DNA from: Haliotis rufescens
Taxonomy: Eukaryota
Reading direction: 5' to 3'
Assembly: GCF_023055435.1 (NCBI RefSeq)
Contig: NW_025963802.1
Location: 7,998,001-8,062,000 of the forward strand
DNA: 64,000 nt
Below are positions 1 to 12,700 of this stretch, one piece after another; position 1 is the stretch's first letter, and every line of letters begins with the position of its first letter. A program made the translations under genes and the position numbers. The notes beneath the pieces were generated by a model. That model was given only the letters and a program-made list of their open reading frames with translations, was not told where the DNA came from and searched no databases.

Positions 1-525
1 TGGTGGTGCTGATGATGGCGATGATATGTTGCAATGGTGGTGCTGATGATGGCGATGATGTGTTGCAATGGTAATGCTAATGATGGCGATGATGTGTTGC
101 AATGGTGATGCTGGTGATATGTTGCGATGGTGATGCTGCTGATGGCGATGATGTGTTGCAATGGTGATGCTGTTGATGCTGGTGATATGTTGCAATGGTG
201 ATGCTGATGATGGCGATGAAGTGTTGCAATGGTGATGCTGATGATGGCGATGGTGTGTTGCAATGGTGATGCTGATGATGGCGATGAAGTGTTGCAATGG
301 TAGTGCTAATGATGGCGATGGTGTGTTGCAATGGTGATGCTGATGATGGCGATGATGTGTTGCAATGGTAATGCTGATGATGGCGATGGTGTGTTGCAAT
401 GTTGGTGCTGATGATGGCGATGATGTGTTGCAACGGTGATGCTGATGTTGTGTTGCAATGGTACTGCTAATGATGGCGATGGTGTGTTGCAGTGGTGGTG
501 CTGATGATGGCAATGATATGTTGAA
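1..525. repeat. 34-bp minisatellite (tggtgatgctgatgatggcgatgatgtgttgcaa)n, continues off the left edge
   Basis: Unit repeats at 1, 35, 69 and onward. The His-rich ORF 77..433 is only its translation. Confidence 0.95.
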
Positions 526-884
526 TCAACACTATGGTGTATGCAAAGAAAAGTAAATATGGAAATTTATTTGTTTAACTACAACTATTGAATGTTTTTG
601 GTTTCGCGCAACACTTAACAGTATGTCAGCTCAGTGTGTTTGAATTACCGGATGTGACGTAAGTTGTTTGAATTTACCAATGAGGTCACCACCCCGGCCC
701 CATAAATATTCTCAGCAATAAAAGTTCCTGTGACACGAAATAAAACAAGAACCTGATCAAAGAAGACGCACACATGTGAAAGAATTCATATTTTCAAACA
801 GACAATGGACCAGGAAAACAGGTGTAGACATTTAATGTCTAGCACAGAAATGACAAGAGAAAGATACAATTAAACACGTCAGTT

Positions 885-1865
885 GCGTGTTGCGTGTGGG
901 CCACCTCTAGCTTGGATGCATACAATGCATCTCCTTCGCATTGAACGGATCAAACGTCTCACACAGTATTGATGGGTGGCATCCAATACCTCCACCAGCC
1001 TGTCTCCCAGTTCTTGTACTGTAGTCGGAGCACGTGATAAACGTCGGAGACGGCGTTCCTTTTATCCTACATGTGTTAAATGGGAGAAAGATCTGGAGAG
1101 CTAGTAGGCCATGGGATCACATTCACGTTGTTCTGTCCAAGTGCTTGTTGAACAATCCGGGCTACATGGGGTCGGGCGTTGAAATGCTGAAAAAAAACCA
1201 TGCCAGGTCCATGTTGATTCAAAAACGGCACAACGATAGGCTGGTGACCTCGTCACGGTAACGCTGCCCGTTCTAAATTCCATTGGTCACTTGCAAACGA
1301 TTCCTCTGTCACTCGGTGATTCCTCCACCATAACACTGACTCACCCGAAACGGGTCTTCCTCCACAACACAGTTCTGAGCGTAACGTTCACCGCGACGTC
1401 GGTAAACTCGTATTCGGCCATGCTGTCGGAGAGGTGAAATCGGTGAACAGAACCTGTCTCAACTGAACTGTCGTCAAACGCACTCGCTGTCTACACCACT
1501 GCAGACGCAATTGGCGGTGCTTGTTGGTCAGAATTGGGCGTCTGGATGTCCTCCTCGCAACAATCCCGTAACGTCTAGGATGGCGACGCACAGTCTGTGC
1601 CGATATTCGACAAAGACCAGGGATGGTTCTTGCAGTGATTGTTGCAGGCTGGAACCTGATTTCGCTGATGGGTGGTTCGAATCCAACGATCCTGACGGAC
1701 GCTCGTAACGGGGCACCTGTCGCTCCTTGGTCGGTCTCTGACAGTGTTTGTTTGCCGCCAGCCACTGCTGCCATTTCTTCCTAATGGTGTTTCTGTGCAC
1801 GTTCAATCGCCTAGCAACTTCACGCTGCGACGTTCCTGACTGGAGCATACCAATGGCTCTCAAGC
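885..1865 (-). mobile_element. Degenerate Tc1/mariner transposase (frameshifted, 5' end lost in the gap)
   Basis: Minus-strand peptides: RAIGMLQSGTSQREVARRLNVHRNTI (HTH), ISAQTVRR...RRPILTNKHRQLRLQWC...VLFTD, QHxNARPH, WPTSSPDLSPI, CIQARGG. These are Tc1-family motifs split across frames. Confidence 0.9.
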
Positions 1866-2023
1866 NNNNNNNNNNNNNNNNNNNNNNNNNNNNNNNNNNN
1901 NNNNNNNNNNNNNNNNNNNNNNNNNNNNNNNNNNNNNNNNNNNNNNNNNNNNNNNNNNNNNNNNNNNNNNNNNNNNNNNNNNNNNNNNNNNNNNNNNNNN
2001 NNNNNNNNNNNNNNNNNNNNNNN
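1866..2023. other. Assembly gap (158 N)
   Basis: Run of N. Confidence 1.
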
Positions 2024-3155
2024 GTATGTGTGTAGAAAAAGCACAGTAAAGTCCTAACTCTCAGGCACAATATAGTAGTAATTAAATAAGTGGAGTAAGA
2101 TTGAACACAGTTTAGTACGTGGTAAGAGTTGAAATCTTACTTCACTAATATAATTATTACTATATATATAAGAATATATATATGTATATATATTCTTTTA
2201 TTACGGCTACTCTGCAACTATTTGCTACCGTAAGTTTGTTTTTAGCCCGAAACGTATGATAAGAAGCTGACAATAACCGTCCAATAATACCACACACGTG
2301 AGCCTGAGAAATCCCATGATAAGTTGGTGATAACAGTGATAGAGATGGTGACGTCACTTCCGAAACGAAGTCTTGTGGGTGAATTGGTCCCTAACACATT
2401 CGTCACCACTCGCCCCTTTCAGTAACCTGCAAGAAGACTTGTCCCCCTATCGATAAATGCTATGTGCTAAAATGCGACAAACCAATCAGAATGCGCATAT
2501 GACTTCGTTCAAAGAATCCCTCAGGTATAATTTTTGCTATTACATGTGTCTTGCATTTAAAAACATACAATCCAGTCAAATGTGTTCAATCAAACTGTAT
2601 AATACTGTAAGTCCCGATGCGATTTTAGTAGCGTCTACAATATATACAATATGTGGGGAATATACATGAATCATTACGGAACGATATGACAATTATTTTA
2701 GCAATGTCCGTTTGCGCTTAGACGGAACCCAGTCGCAGGGCAATAGTCGCTATTCGGCCTGTCCCGGAGTAACAAAGTTGGTCACGAATGATATATCATA
2801 GTGGAATAGAGTTTTAATAGAACGGATCCTCGAGGCTGATATATGTTACATTACTGTTGAACGAAGATTGCCTACCTGTCGCCACGTTCTCACGGACAGG
2901 ACACGGGGCTGTTTCTGGATGATCTGGTACGTGCAGGCCTGGTGATGTAGACGTTGCACGATGCCCATCACGAGTCGCCATTCTAGTACGGTGTTCCTAA
3001 AGACACGCATATTTTTCATTATGCCCTCGCTATTGAAACGAATATGATTCAGCATTTAAGTCATGTCTGACGATGGTGGAATCCATTTAGTGTGGATTCG
3101 AACCCCAGGTTCGTACCGTCATGGTCCTACGTGTGTCGGCACCATACCCATACTG

Positions 3156-3325
3156 CGTGGGGATTCCAGGTTAGAATATTCCCCCAGCTACCTGTGCTTG
3201 TAAGAGGCCACTTACTGGTGAATTGTTTTATACTGTGGCATCCTAATCCAGACTGGATTACTTGAGGCCACCATAATGGCTTGAATGCTTTGCGGGTGTG
3301 ACGTAAAACAACAAACAAACACAAA
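3156..3325 (+). mobile_element. Old, diverged copy of short retroposon family A
   Basis: cgtggggattccaggttagaatattcc...taagaggc...gcgggtgtgacgtaaaacaacaaacaaac resembles the family A head and (caaa)n tail. Confidence 0.6.
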
Positions 3326-4552
3326 TAGTGGTATATGTCTAGTCTCATATTAAAACTGGCCGTCTTGACACGACTGAGGTATAAAGTGCGGTAAACTCCA
3401 TGATCATGTACTGAACTGTTGACCGGACAATGAAGTGAAGCCCATGCGCGATCCACTGTCATCCTCGGATCTGTGAATACTGTGTACTATCTGCACGAAC
3501 TGATAACTCGCTGTGAAGTGGAGCAGTACATACATCAACATTGCTTCGAGTTGTTAATCACAGTTATAGATACATATAGACACTTTCCGAATTTAATCTG
3601 TAAGGGACTGAAGAAGGGGGGATCTTGGGGACGTAGCTGCATTTTGTATCGAAATTAGACATTTATTCAGCTACAGCTACAAAACTATACATTTTTTATT
3701 TTAAAACTATATATAAGAGAAGGCTTTTCTAAAGAAAGACACCTTGCAACGATGTTATTTTTGTGACAAGCAATTTCTTTCTGTCAATAGTCTGAAGCAT
3801 TATTATTTTTTCCAGTGTTTTCGGCGACAATTCATACTTTTCGATAACATCATCCTCGACGTCAGAAGAAAACACTTAACAGACAAAATGCGCACAATGC
3901 ATGTCATATTATTACACCCACCTTTTGAAATGGCGATCCTTCAACCAAGATGAATGAGTGGATGTGTGTCCTCTGTATCGGGAAGTTGTTGTGGCTTGTG
4001 GCCTCCCTGCATGCTTTATCTGATAAATCCGTTGTATAACCTACATATTGCATTTCCGTTTTGATACTGTGAGCGATGACAGTCAGTAATTATAATAACA
4101 TGCTATGGAGCGTTTATCAGTGAATACAAGGTTCAGCTCGGCTCTTTGCTATGTGCAGTGGGCTGCAGGAACGCAATGGTGTGGTTACAACATAGCCTAC
4201 CGACACCAATAGTGGCGTATATATGGAGAATTTTAATCAAGTAAAGCAGGACTTGATACAATTGGCGGCCATCTTGATGAAATGCCGATCATGTTGGATT
4301 TCTGGTTGCTAACCATTTGTCACAAATTACCCAAAGCATGCACATTTATGTGCTTTTTGTATGACGTATCATCATTTGAACGACGAAACCAACGGGCCGT
4401 CATCTGCCCCACTACTTGCCTCTGAAATGTGCTTGCATCATAGTTGTATGATTTAGATAGTTGTAAAGTTTACACATTTTATTGTCAAAAGACAAATGGA
4501 TCAGCCACAAGTTGTGAGACGTACGTATTCTTATATAATGATATGACAACAG

Positions 4553-4932
4553 AGGTGAGGTGAAATGAGTTTTAACGTCGCGTCCAAGATTATTGCATTT
4601 ATATAGCGACGTGCATTCACATGTGTGTGTGCGTGTGCGTGCGCGCGTGTGTGTGTATGCGTGTGTGTGTGCTTGTCTACTAGTCCGGACTAATTTTATA
4701 GTGCTTGCCCACTGAGATACCATGCCGCCGTTTGACATGAATACCCCACTCAGACACAGTATACTGACTCTGGACCAACCAGTCCTTGTTTTAGCCCCTT
4801 AATGCCGAGCGCCAGACAGGGTAACCATAAGTACCATATTTTAACGTATTTTGGTATGACGCGGCCGGGGATCGAACCCTGGACCGTCCCCTCTCCGGTC
4901 GGACGCTCTACCACTAGACATTTGAGGCGGTC
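4553..4932 (-). mobile_element. tRNA-derived SINE, family C (Meta-SINE-like central domain)
   Basis: Minus strand has a tRNA-like head (..tctagtggtagagcgtcc...ggttcgatccccggcc), then cataccaaaa...ccctgtctggcgctcggcattaaggg, and a (cacct)n tail. Other copies at about 27202-27432 and 57582-58061. Confidence 0.8.
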
Positions 4933-5068
4933 TTGATAAAAACTGAAGAAAACTTAATAAATGCATGATAACGTATACAAAGAGGGCATCAAAGTTTAGA
5001 TTATGCATCAAAATGACAATATATACTCAGCCTCATTATTAAAGGGTAACCTAGGTATGTAGGGTGTC

Positions 5069-5338
5069 GACACGTGAAGATCCGGGGTAGAATAGGTCTT
5101 CAGCAACCCATGCTTGCAGTAAAAGGCGACCATGCTTGTCGTAAGAGGCTACTAACGGGATCGGGATCGGGTGGTGAGGCTCGCTGACATGGTTGATTCA
5201 TGTAATCGTATCCAAATATAGCGTGGGTCGATGCTCATGATGTCAGTCACTGGATTGACTGGTCCACACTCGAATATTTACAGGCCGTCATATAGCTAGA
5301 ATATTGCTGAGTGCAGCGTTAAACAACACCACCAAATT
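5069..5338 (+). mobile_element. Short retroposon family A, full-length copy with TSD tagggtgtc
   Basis: Runs from cgtgaagatccggggtagaatagg to gctgagtgcagcgttaaacaac, flanked by tagggtgtc (5060-68 and 5339-47). More than 20 copies or fragments occur in the window, e.g. near 5820, 6310, 12020, 19620, 25565, 30115, 31360, 32220, 46430, 46808, 48350, 49410, 51115, 53630, 59560, 60900, 62455, 63465. Confidence 0.85.
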
Positions 5339-6504
5339 TAGGGTGTCAAACAAGAACATATGCCAACAAGAGGCAATAGGTCTGAGTATGTAGACAATGT
5401 GATTAACAATTGAAGGAAAATGTTGCCTATGTCACACTGATTGGGTAGCTTTTATGAAACTGGAAACTGGACGACTTTTAGATACGGTGAAAAGTGCAAA
5501 ATTAATTGATGGTGATGGAAGAAAGCTCCAAAACCATCCGCCTGGACGCAACGAATGGTTTAACCCATGCACCTGCAATACATGACAAGTTAGTCAATGT
5601 GGGTATATAACAAGAAAACATTGATGCAGAGCATCAAAGTTCCCCGCCATACGTGATGCCTCACAAACGCATAATTATGATGTTACTGAAAGGCATGAAG
5701 AAAGTTATATAAGTCACAAATAACACAACGTGGTTGTGGAAAAAACATTATTTTGAGTATTGGGCAATAAAGTTGATACATTTGCATAGGGTAGGTATAT
5801 TTAAAAATTATTTTTTTTGTTTTACACCGCACTCAGCAGTATTACAGCCATATGACGGCGATCTGTAAATAATCGAGTCTGGACCAGATAATCCAGTGAT
5901 TGACACCAAGAGCATGGAACTACCAATCCTGTTCGTCGCCTCTTACAGCAAGCATGGGTTGCTGAAGACCTATTCTAACCTGGGTCTTTATTTAAAAAGT
6001 AGATCGAAGGCAATGGAAGTAATTTCTGGCACAAATGTAAACATGTGGAAATAGTATAAAAACTGCCAACAACATTGGCAGATGCACATACTCAAATAAT
6101 AGATCACATTCTTTTTACACTTGGCATTTGGTTATAATAATGTAAATGAAAATACTAAGGGCTTCATATGGCAAATCAGTCATACTAGATAAGGTCTTTT
6201 TGCCACAACCACAGATGCACATACTCAAAATATTATCCCGTAGTTGGAGAACATTTCAATACCGGGACTAATCAATAACGGATTCCTCGTCTCGTTTTAC
6301 GTTTGATTGATTGGTTTGTCGTTTAACGCCACACTCAGCAATATTCCAGCTATCTGACGGCGTTCTGTAAATAATCGAGTCTGAACCAGACAATCCAGTG
6401 ATTAATATCAATATCGATGCCATGCACCAACCAAAGGCTGGCCACCCGATCCCGTTAGTCGCCTCTTACGACAAGCATAGTCGCCTGATATACTGTAAAG
6501 ATGT

Positions 6505-6985
6505 AACATAACAATTCATCCATGCTACTAAACAGAAGTAATACGGCTTGTCCATTCGGATCAGTCTGACCCAAACCAGTCCGCTGATGAGAGTCAAATA
6601 ATGCATACGAATCAAAATCCGTAAAAATTGCAATGGAGACATCTTTAAAAGTTACCCAAAGTGACTGCTTCATTATTTGGAGCACCTGTGACGGGGCCAT
6701 AAAACTGATCTGTTATGTAGACAATATCGCTTGAGGCAGTGGCTGCCGGGAGCTGATTATGACCTACAAAATACCCCTCATTGCCTTCGGTGTTAACTAT
6801 GTGAGTGTAGAGAGCTGTGCCTTCATCCAACAGATTATCGAGGTCAGTGGAACACGGTACTGACGCAAATAGATTTTAGCCCTGGGACACAAAGTATATG
6901 ATAGCGACCAGAGCTACGGCTGTACATTGAATTCCATTAAACGGTTGAAAAATACTACAGCCTTGATGAAACATCGCCGACACAC
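6505..6985 (-). pseudogene. Decayed herpes-tegument-N-like (peptidase C76-type deubiquitinase) domain, probably a Helitron/Helentron relic
   Basis: Manual minus-strand translation: FHQGCSIFQPFNGIQCTAVALVAII..*..DLDNLLDEGTALY..GYFVGHNQLP..[frameshift]..YALFDSHQRTGLGQTDPNGQAVLLLFSSMDELLCYI. It contains the G-x-Q-C and F-D-S-H catalytic motifs, one stop and one frameshift. Confidence 0.75.
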
Positions 6986-8049
6986 TACTCCGATTTTGTT
7001 ATGACTTTGCTACCAAACGTTTCACATGTGGCTATGTGCGGTGCACTGATTAAAAAGCACGGGGGACTGGGTTAATTCAAAATACGGAACATAACTATTC
7101 CAAATATTTTCAGTGAACATGAGCATCCAAACAATAAAAAGTGTGGTATGTAGAATGTGGAATTCAGCCATATTACATTTAAATTGAGATGTCGTCGTTG
7201 TTCATGAATAAGCATATTCAGAACATATTTTATATTATGCTGTTATTTACGATCTCCGGAGTTCTTCTTTTGTATAAACCGTGAAAATCAGAAAATTAGT
7301 CCTTGAGGAAAAAAGGGACATCGGGTTACACATGAATGGTTTAATAAGGTCAGCTAATGACCAGAAACGGCCATATGCATCAATTAACTACATAAAGACG
7401 ATTTTGAAGTATCTCTTATTGCTGGAAAAGAATAGCATCAACATTCCACGCACATGATTTGTATGTTTTGTTTCCGTAAATGCGTGGCTTGAAATTTCAA
7501 ATAAACCAACATGTCGACATACATGCTACAAAATTAACGTTTCCCGTATACTTCCCCGCCTTCAGGGCGGGGAAGAATGATTCATTCTAGGTGCAACTCT
7601 TGAAAGTTATTAAATGCATTTCCCCTTAAAATTATATGTATGCAAGTAGTGTCTGTTAAGTTTTTGAAATATATTGTTTGTGTCCGGTCTAGTGCACAGA
7701 TAACACACATGTCGTAGTGTAATGAGGATTATTTCAACGGAAGTCAGAACAAACGCTCTGGAACATAAACTTCAAAATAAATATACACGTTCATAAATAT
7801 GTAAGGACACATCACATGCAATCATCTGAGTATTCATTCACAACGCCACACGGACGACATCATATTATAGTAACAGAGCCGATGGGGTAGCTCGTCCGCT
7901 CGTCAAGCCGAAAACCCGGTTTCGATTCCCCATATTCCCCAATGTGTGAAGCCATTTCTGGTGTCCCCCACCATGATATTGCTGGAATAGTGCTAAGAGG
8001 GGTCCAAAACCATATTTACTCACTCACTCGCGTGTTTTCATTAGAGTGG

Positions 8050-8297
8050 GTGAGTTGGGTTTAACGCCGCTTTAAGTGTCGTAGCTTAATGTGGGAGGAA
8101 AGCCCTAAGTGATGCAGGTCTCGGACGTTTACCACTTCGGTGAAACCCACGAGCACGGGCATGCTGACAATCCTATACACATAATCGGGACTAACCGAGA
8201 TTCGAACTCATAATCATAGGTTTCTGGCGTGCCCAAGGGACGCAACTCTGCACAGCGAATCGTGGCGCCTTAGACGACTGAGCCACCCGTGCCCCCT
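8050..8297 (-). mobile_element. tRNA-derived SINE, family D
   Basis: Minus-strand head ggggcacgggtggctcagtcgtctaaggcgc...gttcgaatc and tail ..gcggcgttaaacccaactcac. Related copies at about 12300-12572 and 19115-19396, with fragments near 29870 and 50050. Confidence 0.8.
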
Positions 8298-9474
8298 TGT
8301 TTTCATTAGAAGAGAGAAATATTTATACGAACATTAATAACAAAACTGACTCGTGTTGGAAAATATTGAAAATACCTTATAAGCACATTGCTAGAATACA
8401 ACTTCAGAAGAGACACGCGTGTAAACAAAACTTCACCCACGATGATTCACATTTAGTTTTGTCACCCCCCAAAATATAATTCTAAAACCTTATTTGTCTA
8501 TTTTACAAATATTGTATAACCTGAATATATCGTGAAATCAAAAGTAAATAGTTATGGATAATCATTGTTAGATAAATGGTATCTGACAGACACTCGCGTA
8601 GTAATCTCTATGGGAAGATCTAGAGACCATATGTTGGGAATATTGGTTTACATTGGTTGGAGACGACAAATTGGTTAAAGCATTTCTTATTAACTTTTTG
8701 TGAAAAAACTAATTGGGTCCGACACCATAGATAATAAAAAAATGTAAATTGTATAACTAAAGCAGTGCGAGTGGCCGCGTGCTGTTTAGACGATGACGAT
8801 AACAGGTACACCTAGTCGACGGGAAAGTTCTGCACTGTTTTGATTCCCTCTCGCGTTATAACAGAACTCTACTCCAACGTCCACTGAACATCAATTAATA
8901 TTGATGCAATCTATATCGTTTACAGGTATTATCTTTATCTATGTGCTTCCTCTATGGTAAACTAATCAATAGAATAGGTAACGAGATCGTAGAGTCTAAA
9001 TCATAATTGTAATCAACTGTCAGTATCCTACTCGGTCATGCCGTCAAAAGCATTCATTGTTACATCCAATGTATATAAAGTAACAGCGTTAGAATATTGT
9101 ATTTAGCTACTCGTGTATTCAATATATTCCGATATCATTGTCATATCTAATTGGCTCATTTTGTCACGCCACAGCCGAGCAATGATCTTCTTGCTCCCTC
9201 GACTCAACATCTAATACTGATGCTATCTTTTACAGCGAATACACAGTTTTAAAGCCATCTTCACCGCCTCAGTCCACTTCATTACATCGTCGGCCAGAAC
9301 CCGAGACATTATGATCTCTGCTCATAGTTTTACGAAAATCAAAGTAATTGGTATAGTCAACTTTATACACGGAATACTTCAGAAATAACACGAAAAAAAA
9401 TCACGATAAACTGGTCGGTAGCGAGTACACATTTTGTTCGGTTTTGTCCGGTTAGTAAATTCGATTTTTACATC

Positions 9475-9482
9475 ACTTCCGG
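9475..9482 (+). promoter_or_regulatory. ETS-type site (ACTTCCGG) in the presumed promoter of Arf-like gene 1
   Basis: acttccggcca about 300 bp upstream of the ATG. The same motif precedes genes 2 and 3. Confidence 0.45.
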
Positions 9483-9782
9483 CCATCGTGTCTTGCGAAA
9501 GCACTCTCCTACCCAGAGTTCCCAGCGCGTGACACCTTCGTTACACTCTCGGTAACAAAGAGAGCTCCGCGAACGGACTATCGCTGTGAGGAGCTTGCCG
9601 CGAACGGACTATCGCTGTGAGGAGCTTGGCGAAACATATAAACAGTGACGGAGAAGGAAGAAGTGTGGAGGAACGCGGGTTAGGCGTTTATATCCTGATG
9701 ACGGTGAATGAAACCGCTGACTTTGGAGGAGTACTACCGTCAAACGAACTTCACGTTTATAACTACACAGAAAACGACGAAA

Positions 9783-12700
9783 ATGGGACATTCTCTCTGT
9801 AAACTTGCAACACTCGGGTGGAAGAAAGATATGAAAATTATTATATTTGGTGCGTAGATCTACTGTTTTACATACTTAGAGCCAGAGACCATATATGGTC
9901 TCTGTTAGAACATTCATTTCAGATGGCACAACTACCGATGCCCCTAGTTCATGAGTAGCCGAGCATGTGGAGCAACAGTAGTCGGCGAGATCTGATAGTC
10001 AAGAAAATGTTTTCTTGACTGGCCCAATGCCAGGTATCGCGGCTAGCTCAACAGTAGGGTCAAGTTTTGACGATTTAGACCCCGGGCCCTTTCTCCATAG
10101 ATCATGACAGTTGACAGTTCTGTGTTTTATTTAAATTTGTTACAGAAAAATATATGATTTAATTTGACGTTATGAGAAACTTTCAGTTGGAATGGTTAGT
10201 GTGCTGAGTTTAATGTTCATAGTGCTAATATTTGCGTTACCCTACTGTATTTCCTTTGTATATCGAGCCTTTATATATAAAGCCCCTGCTTACGTTGATT
10301 TTTTTAAATTGATAGCCACTGCTAAGGATTAAATTAACCTTATTTACGTGCCAATGCGATATTTGAATTTCCAATGTTACAAAATGTATCCAGTTCTGCA
10401 TAGTTGTACCTAACCATGATGATACTTGCACTTTATGAGCTGAATCTGAGGGTAAGTTTTTTAAATGAGCTACGCCCTCCAAACAAGAGCTGCGTGAACA
10501 ATAGCCAGAGCCGTGATTGTGTCTGCATGACTAGCTGAGAGCTCTGTTGGGACCCAATTGACATGCAAGACAATAACATACTGACTAGGCTACTGTTGAG
10601 TGAGTGAGTTTGGTTTTACGCCGCTTTTAGCAATATTCCAGCAATATCACGGCGGGGGACATCAGAAATGGGCTTCACACATTGCACCCATGTCGGGAAT
10701 CGAACCCGGGTCTTCGGCGTGACGAGCGAACGCTTTAACCACTAGGCTACCCGACCGCCCCAGGCTACTGTTGAACCTCATCACTCATGTCAACTACAGG
10801 CAATGATTTCTCCCCACTGCATTTGAATACCATACATTTGACCAAACTCAGCTAATCCCTATCCCTTCTTGTCACAGATGTGAACAGAATAAGGGTAGGA
10901 TTGCTAATTTTATTTTAGAGCCAACCTCTAATTGGCTGCTTTTCACTACTGTATAACCATGTTCCCTTGGAATTCTTCAAAGCCGGGGACATTACCATGG
11001 TTACAAATAGAACTAGAAGTCACCTCATTGAAGATCAACATGAGGCTGTAGAATAGAAAAGTCCATTCCATGCATCATGTGCATATCTGCTTTGGTCTGT
11101 CATCTTTAACATGTTCAACACAATCTTCTTTCTTGCATTAGGTCTTGATGCTGCTGGAAAAACAACCATTCTGTACGTCCTAACGCAAGGAGAAGTGGTG
11201 ACAACCATTCCTACAATTGGTATGTCTGTATGTTTGGATATGTTTTTTGTGCCCCGACCTAAAAGGGCGGGTGGGTATATTGTTATACCAAGGAATTTCC
11301 TCCCTCCTTCTGAGGACATTTTTGTGTGTGACCTATAACCATGATAACTTAAAAACTACTTCATAGATTTTTTTCAAATGTGGTGAACACCTTTTATACC
11401 TATAGGAGAGGTGCAGCTTTTAATTCATTTTTTTACTTGCACATATATGTGATCCATAACTAGAAAACTGTTGCATGGATTATTTTCAAATTTAGGGACC
11501 AGTTTCCATACTAATCATGCTAATAGAAGAGATGCAGTGCAAAGTTTAATTTTGATATGTGTATTTTCTGAAAAAAATATGATTCTTTACCAGTGCTTGC
11601 ATGTCTTGAAATTAGAATATTTTTTTAACTTTTACATTTATGCAAGCTATAACTGAAAAAATACTTCACGGATTCTTTTAAATTGGGGATACAGTTTCTA
11701 TGCCATTAGGAGAGGTGCAGTGCAAAGTTTGATTTCATGTTTTGAACTTAGAAGTACATCATGTATGTTGGAATCGAAGTCGAGGGTATTAGTGAGCCCT
11801 GCTCAGTTTTTGTCTTGTTTGTTTAGTATTTTGATAGGTAAGTAGCAGCAGTGATATTAACTTGACTTTTGTCTCAGAATATCAACACTCTAACAGTAGG
11901 CAAGTACAAGGCTATGTTTATTGTGTAAATATAATCATGATAATGCTATGTAGATACGTTATGACTTTGGTTATGTTGGAGAGTGAGTTTGGTTCAATCA
12001 TGTTAATGTTTAATGTTTAATGCCACACTCAGATTTATTCTAGCTATATGACAGTGGTCTGTAAATCATCCAGTCTGGACCTGACAATCCAGTGATTGAT
12101 ATCATGAGCATTGATCCACGCAATTGAGACACGATGACATGCAGCAACCAAGTCAGTGAGTCTGATTACCCAGGTCCTTCAGTCGCCTCTTACAACAAGC
12201 ATGGGTTGCTGAAGACCAATTCAAATCTTCACGGGTCATGATGACTCTGGGTCAGAAAAGCAGATCCCAACAGAGCATATACACAGCATGTTCTATTGTG
12301 AGGGAGTTGGGTTTAACGCCGCTATTAACAGTATTCCAGTTATATCACGGCGTGTCAGCTTAATGTGGGAGGAAAGCCCGAAGTGATGCAGGTCTCAGAC
12401 GTTTACCACTTCGGTGAAACCCAGAGCACAGGTATGGTGCTGACAAAGCTATAAACATAATCGGGGCGAATTGGGATTCGAACCCACAATCCTAGGTTTC
12501 TTGCATGCCCAAGGGACGTAACTCTGCACAGCGAATCGCAGCGCCTTAGACGACTGGGCCACCCGTGCCCCCTGTTCTAGTGTGACGCCCATGTTATCTT
12601 GTACATATTGTGTGTTGACATGATCAGTGATGATAGGTATTAGTGCTATTTTTTGCATGTCATGTAAGAACCCATGACATAACCATGCAAATTTATACAC

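Noticed and set aside
77-433. His-rich 118-aa ORF
   Set aside because: Translation of the 34-bp minisatellite; the unit is not a multiple of 3.
10600-10761. tRNA genes suggested by A/B boxes here and at 8297, 12572, 57665 and elsewhere
   Set aside because: They continue into SINE bodies and tails, are multicopy, and several have TSDs.
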